Shown: positions 54,866-64,000 of the stretch, one piece after another
Layout: each line of letters begins with the position of its first letter
Position numbering within the stretch: position 1 is the first letter of the stretch
Assembly (NCBI GenBank): GCA_964016885.1
Contig: OZ024740.1
Span: 42,780,001-42,844,000 of the forward strand
Length of the DNA stretch: 64,000 bases
Reading direction: 5' to 3'
From: Eledone cirrhosa
Lineage: Eukaryota
Made by a program: the position numbers and the translations under genes
The notes under the pieces: generated by a model
The model's database searches: none
The model's input: the letters and a program-made list of their open reading frames with translations, nothing else
What the model was told of the DNA's origin: nothing

Positions 54866-55996
54866 ATGAATACCAACACAGAACAGACGACATTGCTCCA
54901 TATCAAAAACCAAATGGGACACCTCTGGAAAAAACATCTAAAAACCAGAAAATTCACTTTCTGGAATATGATAAAAAACCTCAACAAAGCGGGAATTTAC
55001 CAAAAATGGATTAACACAACACCGATAGTTTTACCACGTAAATTCCAAATAAAGCATATTACAAACGAACCTGAACCAGAAAGAAAACTCCGTGAACAAA
55101 TGTCACTCAACAGGATAAACATGAAAATAGAACTCCTAAAATTAAGGGCCACCTCCAACGAGCAAGAGTATAAGGATACTGATAAAAATATGGAGGAAGA
55201 ATGCACTAAAAAGGCCGAAGGAACAACCCTACAAAATTTAATCAAATCGTGGAAACAGGACTGCGAGAATGCAGAAATTATTTCCCTTAAACGGTGGGAA
55301 AAATCCGAAAACTGGTTCTTCAAATATGAAGAAGACTTTAAAAGGACGGACCAAACAGGTAACCCCTTTATAAAGCATTTGAACATAACAAGAACTACAA
55401 CAGAGACATTTACACCACCAAACCCAACACACACTAACCCCAGGCACATCCCCCACCAACACAAACCAAATACGGCCAACTACACCAAAAGAAACACACC
55501 CAACCACCACAACACAGGTTTCCGTAGAAATGCCCCCTACATAAACCAACGACGAAATAACATAGATCCAACTCACAACACACACACCACATTCCTCAGA
55601 AGAAATCCACCCAGACCACTTGAAATCACAACAGAACTTATCCACAACCACACCAGACATCACCCTCAATCCAACAAAAGACAACCCCCAACCTCAACAC
55701 TCTGTACCACAGAAAGAACGCACCCAGACCACATGAACCAACAACAGAACCCTTGCTCATCAACAACCACAACACATACCACCCCCACCATCACATTCAC
55801 CCTCATGAAACAACAAGCTACAGACCCACACGCAACAGACCAACAAAATATAATCACACAAAACTACATTCCTTTTTTAGGGAAAAGCCTGAAATACCAG
55901 GATACTCGATGCACCCCCCCCCCCTCAGGAGAAACCAAAAATGATCAACCTCTCAAAGACACCTCTAACCAACACACAAATCAACATTTTAAGTAA
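54866..55996 (+). CDS. Upstream ORF of the PLE: K/E-rich, probably helical N-half and P/H/T/N-rich low-complexity C-half; function unknown
   Basis: 376-aa open frame inside the element with the same A/C-rich strand bias as the RT. A probably frameshifted N-terminal piece starts at ATG ~54675 (MAMEQDN...EEILKILKEINGKL). Confidence 0.65.
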   Translation: MNTNTEQTTLLHIKNQMGHLWKKHLKTRKFTFWNMIKNLNKAGIYQKWINTTPIVLPRKFQIKHITNEPEPERKLREQMSLNRINMKIELLKLRATSNEQEYKDTDKNMEEECTKKAEGTTLQNLIKSWKQDCENAEIISLKRWEKSENWFFKYEEDFKRTDQTGNPFIKHLNITRTTTETFTPPNPTHTNPRHIPHQHKPNTANYTKRNTPNHHNTGFRRNAPYINQRRNNIDPTHNTHTTFLRRNPPRPLEITTELIHNHTRHHPQSNKRQPPTSTLCTTERTHPDHMNQQQNPCSSTTTTHTTPTITFTLMKQQATDPHATDQQNIITQNYIPFLGKSLKYQDTRCTPPPSGETKNDQPLKDTSNQHTNQHFK

Positions 55997-58139
55997 GGGC
56001 CTGCAATTTACACCTACACCACGTAAACCAAACTTCCCCGAAATGAAGGATGACATCATGGAATACTGCCGAAAGCTGCGACTAACGGAATTTTTCCACA
56101 ACGACACCAACACTGAAGACGAATCACTGGTTAGAAATAAAAGCAATTTCTGCCCACAAAAGGGAAGAAATAAAGCACTGGACACGTACTGCGAACACAT
56201 CACTAACTTTCCCTATGAAAAAATTACAAATAAACACACGAAATCAAACCTATCTACACACGAATGGGAAGAATTATTCACACTTAGAAACAACCCTGAG
56301 ATAACTATCAAAGAAGCCGATAGAGACAGTACTGTTGTCATTATGAATACGGACTACTATAGGACCCTCGCACTTAACATTTTAGAAAACAACACATACT
56401 ATGAAAAAACAGAAAACTACAAACACACCAAAACATGGGGAATCTTTTGACCTTACTGGATAAATACCGCAACAGCTTAACCACAAAAGAGTTTAACTAT
56501 ATAAGCCACTTCAAATACAATACAAGCTCTTCTAACGGCTTACCGAAACTCTACAAATGTAAACCCATAAACGATGCATGTGACACCTCAACCAACAATT
56601 ACATTGAACTAACACCACCAGAAGACCTAAAACTCAAGCCAATTATAACAGGCCCTACATGTGAAACCCACAGACTTAGCAACTTTCTGGACATCCTACT
56701 GAAACCCTTTCTACAACATATACAGAGCTACATACGAGATGACCTTGACATGCTGAAACACCTCCCTAAAACAGTAAGTGCAAATACAATTCTTGTCTCC
56801 TTTGACGTAATAAACCTCTACACAAACATACCCCACAACTATGGAATAACAGCAGTCCAATACTGGCTTAACATACACCCATCAGAAATACCGACACGCA
56901 TCAACACAGATTTTATCACTGACGGACTCCGCTTTATCCTACAAAATAACTACTTCACATTCAATGGTTCAACATACAGACAAGTATCAGGTACGGCAAT
57001 GGGCACGAAAGTAGCACCCACATATGCCAACCTAGTCATGGGATTCCATGAACAACAAATATACAGTCAGTCCCTTCTCTTATTTGGAGACTTTCCACAC
57101 ACACCTCAAAGCCAATTGGAAAAGATATCTAGACGACTGCTTTATCCTATGGCAAGAAGACATGAACTCACTTACTATGTTTAAAAACATGATAAACAAC
57201 ATAGATAATAACATACAATTCACAATGGAATCCAATCCCAAGGAATTAGCCTTCTTGGATATTCTCATCTCTGTAATAGACGGGAAATTAGATACAGATA
57301 TATTCTATAAACCCACAGATTCCAAGCAATACCTCTTTTTCACATCAAGTCACCCAAAACATACAAAACATAACATTCCCTACAATTTGGCCAAACGTAT
57401 ATGTACCATAGTATCAGATCCACCTAAACGGGAGCAAAGACTAAAGGAACTAAAAGACACCCTTATCTTAAGAGCCTTTCCACTTGAAATAATCAACAAT
57501 GGAATAGACAGGGCAAAACACCTAAATCCCCATCAACTTAACAATCCAAAACAGAAAATCACACTCAACACCCTGCCATATGTACCAACTTTCAACCCCA
57601 GAAATACCGAAATGTTTGATCACCTACACAAAAACCTCCCCATCCTACTTAAAGATGTAAAAATGAAGTCTATTCTTGAAACACACAAGATCCATAAAAG
57701 TAAAAGACAACCCAAATCACTAAAAGGCATTCTCACTGGACCAAATATACCCAAACCAATCCTCAACCCTACAGTTACCAGATGTGGTAGAACAACCTGT
57801 GGAACGTGCCTCTACCTCACTGAAAGACAAAAATTTACATTTAAAGATGGCCAAACATTTACAGTAAAAAACAATTTCACCTGCAACTCGGAGAACTTGA
57901 TTTACGCAATAACTTACGGTGGGTGCAAACACAACTACATAGGACAGACGGGCACCTCATTACGCAAAAGAATGACCATCCACCGCCAACAAATCCGGGA
58001 CGCTAACACGAGAAAAATCCCCTTGAGCAGCCATATTGCGAACTGCGCAGGAATGACACTACCCAACTTTAAAATCTTCCCCTTCTACAAGTGCTCAGAT
58101 TTGTTCACACAGCAACAAAGAATAAAATCTATTCCTTAA
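55941..58139 (+). pseudogene. PLE reverse transcriptase plus GIY-YIG endonuclease, split by two frameshifts (55941-56450, 56435-57184, 57048-58139)
   Basis: Motifs INLS..LSKGLQFTP, IKEADR, LVSFDVINLYTNIP, QVSGTAMGTKVAPTYANL, WKRYLDDCF, FLDI, YKPTD..YL..SSHP, Cys linker CGRTTCGTC, and LIYAI..C...YIGQT..LRKR..H. Confidence 0.95.
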
Positions 58140-58809
58140 CAAATTTAAACCAAAACTAAACGGGTTATCACCCCAATAGAATTGTCATAAAATATAAACA
58201 CACATACGCACGGAGTGACAGATATATGTGTTTGTATGTGTGCATGTATATAATTATCACTACTATTAAAGACCAGAGACCAATTCTGTAGAATCAGGTT
58301 TATTCGTTGACAGACCATGCCTTTGTATGACCAACACATCCATGTTAAACCCTGCACATGCACACACATATATCTATATATATATCCGCACACAGAATTC
58401 ACCACTGTCGGTTGCGGGGCCCAATCTACATGAAGAACTCAATGTGATCAGAATGACTTGTATTTTAATTTCACTATCCTAACTTCTTATATTATGGAAA
58501 AAATATATGTGTATGTATGTATATATATATATTTGGAGGCCATTTCTCTGTGTGTGGGTGTATGTATGTGTATATGTGTGTGTGTGTATGTGTGTGCATG
58601 TGGTGTGTGCGTGTGTGTGTGTGTGTGTATGTATGTGTGTATCTGGATGTATGCGTATGTGTATATATATATATATGTGTGTGTGTGTATATATATGTGT
58701 GTGTATGTGTATATATGTGTGTGTGTGTGTTTGTATGTGTGTATGTATATATATGTGTGTGTGTATGTATGTGTGGGTGTGTGTATATATATATGTGTGT
58801 ATATAGATA

Positions 58810-58840
<31 letters not shown>

Positions 58841-58891
58841 ATATGTGTGTGTGTATGTGTGTATGTATATGTATGTGTGTATGTATGTGTG

Positions 58892-58962
<71 letters not shown>

Positions 58963-59544
58963 ATATATATATATATATGTATATGTATATGTATGTATGT
59001 GTGGATGAAGGTATGTGTGTATATATCGGTGTAAGTGCACTAAATCCCTTTCTATCACTCTCCCCTCTCCTACCGACCACAGGAAGATATATGTATGTAT
59101 ATTGCTTCCACCCCCTCACTGACCAGCAGCTGGCCATCTGGCCATTGCTAAATCTGACCTTTATAAAATAACCCACACCCCAAATAACTTCTCATTCACT
59201 ACCAGAAAGGGACACAGCAGTCAACCTGTTGTTGCTACCTAGATGAAAACTGCTATGAAATCCCACAATGTATTTTATACATGAATTTTCAAATCTCAAA
59301 TTTTAACTCTTCTTATTATTAATTTTTCTTAATATTAATCAACATTTGAAAAGATGGCTTTTGCAGACCCATCGAAACCGGTCATTTTTTATACCCTTTA
59401 TTATTTCCTTACCTTATAAAATTATATGTTTTTTCACAAAAAAGTATTCTGTCTCTTATATATTCCATGTGCCATTACCAACCTCAATTTTCTCTATAAC
59501 CTTCGTTTTGTGTAGAAAATTACACTTTTCATATATATATATAT

Positions 59545-60060
59545 ATTTCGCTTCTGAATTTGTTTAGCAAGATTCATTATCTGAAAACGTTTGTTGAAAC
59601 CGATATTGTTATACTTTGGGAGGGTCATGTTGCCAATAAGAAACACACGCACCAGTTTCTTTCTTTCACTTCAATTTATTATAAATTAAATTTATAAATT
59701 TAGGAATTTATAAATTTCCGGTTGGTTGGTTCCACAACCAGATGATTGTTCATATATTGTCAAAGTTCTCTCGTCACACATTCTGTGACCTCTTCAGTGA
59801 CTGGGGATTCTTTTCTTGGTTTTTGTGCCTCTCCTTTGTTCTGTCCTACGCCATCTTGTTTTTGTGTGTGTTGTGTTGTGTGCTTAGTTTGCGCATGTGT
59901 TACATCCGGGTGTCTGTGTGTGTTTATATTTGTTTATTTATTTGTTTATTTACATGTTACTGGTTGGTTGTTTGTTCTATGTGTGTGTGTGTTTTCATTT
60001 TGTCCTTAATTGTAAGATGTTATGTTGCTATTCCATTCAATAAAAAATTAAGTGCTTGAT
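59545..60060 (-). mobile_element. AT-rich pLTR copy of the 16-17 kb PLE family with HHR at 59759-59801
   Basis: Aligns to 17400-17870. Sense strand reads GUCA CUGAAGA GGUCACAGAAUGUGUGAC GAGA GAAC UU UGAC. A further remnant lies at ~39170-39215 (+). Confidence 0.8.
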
Positions 60061-60105
60061 ATTTCCACTTAACTTTTACTTCAGTATATATGCGTGTTAG
60101 TGAGT

Positions 60106-60206
<101 letters not shown>

Positions 60207-60687
60207 TGTGTGTGAATGTGTGTGAAGGCACGTGGCTTAATGGTTAAGTGATCTGTTTTGTCCTTGAGAAAGACACTTCATTTTACTTTGCTCTTTCAGC
60301 CACGAATTGCTACCGGTAGATAATATCTGTTCCACCTCACCTGGTAGACGAATGAGGCCTGGAATCGTGTCGATCTATTCTTGTATATATAGAGAGATTT
60401 ACGTAAAACTGTTGCAACATAATTGATGCAAGGTCTTTTCGTGAATATTCCCTGAATATTCTATTCATCAATAAAGAGAAAAACATCAGAGGAGAATGGG
60501 GACAGTTGTCCTCTGGCGATCACACAGAAATATTTGAAATTATCTTTTTCTTTGTTAGTTGGTTTATTTGAACGTGTTTACACATCACAATTATATGTAT
60601 CTTAATTTTAATACATCTCCAAATATACTTTTATTGTAGCATAAATATTCATGAGGAAGTAACCTATGTATATATATATATATATAT

Positions 60688-61085
60688 ATTAATAAATGGA
60701 AACTATATTTATAAAACCATAATTATTTTATTATATATATTTCAAGGGCAACCAGTGCAATTTTGGGGCGCTTTCATCAGATAAAATACAAAATAGGTTT
60801 TATAAATGTTGACATACCCGTAGAAAAACAACCTTCAACCGTCAAGGTTGTTTTTCTACGGGTATGTCAACATTTATAAAACATATTTTGTATTTTATCA
60901 GATGAAAGCGCACCAAAATTGAATTGGTTGACCTTGAAATATATATAATAAAAAAATTATGGTTTTATAAATATAGTTTCCATTTATTAAAATATTGAAT
61001 ATTTACTCCAGTAAAGTGTTGAGTGCTTTATGTCAGTTATAACACTTTTGAGCTTGTTGAATCACAACAAATTAAATATAATTCC

Positions 61086-61088
<3 letters not shown>
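60688..61088. mobile_element. Diverged relative of the 9.4-kb fold-back family; HHR on - at 60724-60788
   Basis: Arms 60688-60835 / 60844-60990 share aataaatggaaactatatttataaaaccat. The minus arm has CUGAUGA...GAAA and the plus arm has CAGAUGA. Confidence 0.8.
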
Positions 61089-61134
<46 letters not shown>

Positions 61135-61174
61135 TTGTGTATGTTTCTGTGTGTTTATATATATATGTTTGTAG

Positions 61175-61806
61175 AGAATGTTGAGAAGCCAGAGGGGATC
61201 ACTAATGTAGGCGGGAAGCCGCTGGAATTGGTTGAGGACTTCCTGTATTTGGGAGCAAAGATTGGGAATACGGAAGATGATGTGGTTGAGAGGAAGAACA
61301 AGGCCTAGGCGGCGTGTCACAGCTTGAGATCGGTGTGGAGGTCAGACCTTCGTAGAGACCTGAAAATCCGCCTCTTCATTGCTGTAGTGGAGTCTGTGCT
61401 GCTGTATGGGTCTGAGACTTGGACACTGACCAAGAGACTCACTCAGATGGTGGATGGGTGCTACACGAGAATGCTGAGGATGGCTCTGAACATTAATCAG
61501 TATACACTGAGGATGAAAAACTCAGAGCTGTATGGGAGCATCCCAAAAGTCAGCTCAAAAGTGACACAGAGAAGACTGAGGTTGGCTGGACATGCTCACC
61601 GACATCCAGAGTTGACATTGCACTCAGTGCTCCTTTGGGAGCCCCTACATGGACACACTAGAAGAGGAAGACCAAGGTTAACATATGTTGATGCCCTAAG
61701 GACAGACACTGGTCTGTTGGAGATGCAGGATATGGCAGCGATAATGAGGGACAGAGACCGCTGGAGAGAACTCGTCCATGGATCTCGGGAATTTTACCCG
61801 CATTAG
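61175..61806 (+). mobile_element. 5'-truncated RTE-clade LINE (C-terminal RT region)
   Basis: LELVEDFLYLGAKI, KIRLF...VESVLLYGSETWTLT, RRLRLAGH..R and GRPRLTYVD. One in-frame stop at ~61306. Confidence 0.88.
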
Positions 61807-61919
61807 ATATATATATGTGTGTATGTGAAGGATTCGGGACCACCCCGATGGGGGAGCTCCTGCCGTTTCGACAGCTAAATATATGCGTGAACGAATGTAA
61901 AATCCTAATGATGATATTA

Positions 61920-61963
<44 letters not shown>

Positions 61964-61969
61964 CATCAT

Positions 61970-62208
61970 TATTCACTGAACCAGAACAATTCTCCCATCC
62001 AATTTATCTTGACCATTGTCTTTTACTTGTCATAAAATTCTCTAAAAAGGCTACAGAATATATTTCCAAATAAGGGCGCGAAAATTTAATGAAAACTTGT
62101 TCACGTGACGGCCATAATTTCATTTATAACCAATCAAATTACGTTTATTAAAAAAAAAAACCTTCGTGAGCACCTTTTTTTAAGTAAAAAGAAATTCAAA
62201 CACACACA

Positions 62209-62287
<79 letters not shown>

Positions 62288-62635
62288 TACACACACACAC
62301 ACACACACAAGCACACAAATAAACATACATATCTTTACTTTCTTTATTCAATAGAAAATCTGAATTCTGACACCCCAGCGAACTAACCATATTCACTGAA
62401 CCCGAACAATTCTCCCATCCAATTTCTCTTGACCATTATCTTTTACTTGTCGTAAAATTCTCTAAAAAGCCTACAGAATAGATTTCCAAATAAGGGCGCG
62501 AGAATTTAATGAAAACTTGTTCACGTGACAGCCATAATTTCATTTATAACCAATTAAATTACGTTTATAAAAAAAAGCCTTCGTGAGCCCCCCCCCCTCC
62601 CCCGTTTTTTTAAGTGAAAAGAAATTCAAACACTC
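61970..62635. repeat. Direct duplication of ~230 bp (starts ~61970 and ~62390) separated by (CA)n
   Basis: attcactgaacc.gaacaattctcccatcc...aagaaattcaaacac is present twice. Confidence 0.85.
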
Positions 62636-63015
62636 ATATATGAAAAAACAACCTGTGACCCCCCCCCTTGTTTGAAGAACTTTGTAACGCGAAGTGGCGC
62701 GAAATTTATTATAATTATTGACCAACCAATCAAATTACTTCTCGAAAAACCTGGCATTTCGAGCCACTTTTTCCCTATAAAACAAGTAACATTCAGAGAC
62801 CAACCAGATGTGAGAAAAACCACAGACCCTCCATCTCAACTCTACTTTTGAAAAACAGAAGAACTGCGAAACCGGTAAAGGAACCAAATAAATATATATA
62901 TATTTAAAAAAAGAAATAAGACTCCAGTTGCATTTCGATTTCATCTTTTTTTCTTTATACTTTCACTCGTGTAGGACACCTCGGTTATTTTTCATTTTGT
63001 TAAAAAAAAACTCAC

Positions 63016-63081
<66 letters not shown>

Positions 63082-63084
<3 letters not shown>

Positions 63085-63360
63085 CAGGATAGATATTCAA
63101 TTTACTCGTAATTCAACAAATATAAATGTTTATAACTGATTCAGAGCACTCGACAGGATTTCTGGGGTAAAATATTCAATGATATTAAATAAATGGAAAC
63201 TATATTTATAAAACCATATTTATTCTATTATATATATTTCAAGGGTACCAAAACTTTGGTACGCTATCATCAGATAAAATACGAAATGTGTTTTATAAAT
63301 TTAGACATAACCAAGGCAAATATACCTTAACGGTTCAAGTTTTCCAACGAACACTTGAAC
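63082..63360 (-). mobile_element. Single-arm relative of the same family; HHR on - at 63221-63281
   Basis: Reverse complement reads UAUUUUAU CUGAUGA UAGCGUACCAAAGUUUUGGUACCCUU GAAA UAUAUA UA AUAGAAUA. Confidence 0.8.
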
Positions 63361-63461
<101 letters not shown>

Positions 63462-64000
63462 TGTGTGTGTGTGTGTGTGTGTTTGTGTGTGTGTGTTTGT
63501 ATATATTCTTTCGGCAAAATTGTATAAAAGCCTGAAAACCGAAAAACAGAAAGTACCAATGCTTAGATCACAATGGGATGAAGCAAAGCCGACACAATAA
63601 ATCATCGACCATCAACTTGAATTGCTCAGATGAATGGCTGTAATTTTTGGACATGAGATGGGTCGTTGACCTTCACCTTGCAGTAGTCATTAAGATATAT
63701 ATCTACTTTTAATCGATATAGTGAAGACAGGCAGAAATGAAATTACAACTAGGGCAAGTATCATAATTCTACAAGGGTACTATGTTTTTCTGTAATATGG
63801 TCTAATTTAAGGCCTAATAGTCATTCCTTAAATATATTTAAAAGAAAACGTATTTATATGGGAAACAGGCGGCGGACCGTTGTATCTCTATAATTTCTTG
63901 TTGGACATGTTTATTCATAGAGAAGTTTAAAATGTAAGTCATTCCAATTATTAAAACCAGGTTTGTGGATGAATACAAATGTGTTGCTTTCTTATAATGC

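Larger units (their letters stand above)
53750..59530 (+). mobile_element. Near full-length Penelope-like retroelement (Neptune-like) with direct pseudo-LTRs and an upstream inverted pLTR
   Basis: The pLTR at ~54346-54650 is repeated at ~59234-59530 and inverted at ~53750-54012. RT and GIY-YIG ORFs lie between the direct copies, and both ends abut (TA)n or (TA)n(GA)n tracts. Confidence 0.92.

Noticed and set aside
54997-55684. Antisense ORFs of 148-160 aa over the PLE upstream ORF
   Set aside because: Expected shadow of an A/C-rich, T-poor sense strand, with no independent motifs.

Overview
This is an AT-rich, microsatellite-dense animal genomic window. The SINE families resemble those I recall from octopus/coleoid cephalopods, which is an inference. 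I found no host gene I can support, and most predicted ORFs are translations of (TA)n/(CA)n tracts. The window is dominated by Penelope-like retroelements (PLEs). These include a near-complete RT+GIY-YIG element with an extra upstream ORF (53.75-59.53 kb), a Naiad-like PLE (46.9-50.95 kb) with three shorter relatives, and many small non-coding fold-back or tandem elements embedded in (TA)n tracts. Most of the small elements carry a type I hammerhead ribozyme (HHR) that can be folded by eye. The main highlights are: (1) a PLE copy at 16.1-17.9 kb that appears heavily A-to-G hypermutated on its sense strand, including the invariant HHR core, consistent with a genomic retrocopy of ADAR-hyperedited RNA; (2) a dense set of HHR-bearing hairpin elements whose arms seem to be regenerated at each insertion; (3) unusual HHR variants (U3-A8 covariation, long helix II); (4) retrozyme-like tandem units; and (5) a possible -1 frameshift site between the upstream ORF and the RT ORF. 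Fragments of RTE, HERO-like and CRE-like LINEs, hAT and Helitron-like elements and SINEs are also present. All RNA folds and alignments were done by eye, and coordinates are approximate to a few bases.
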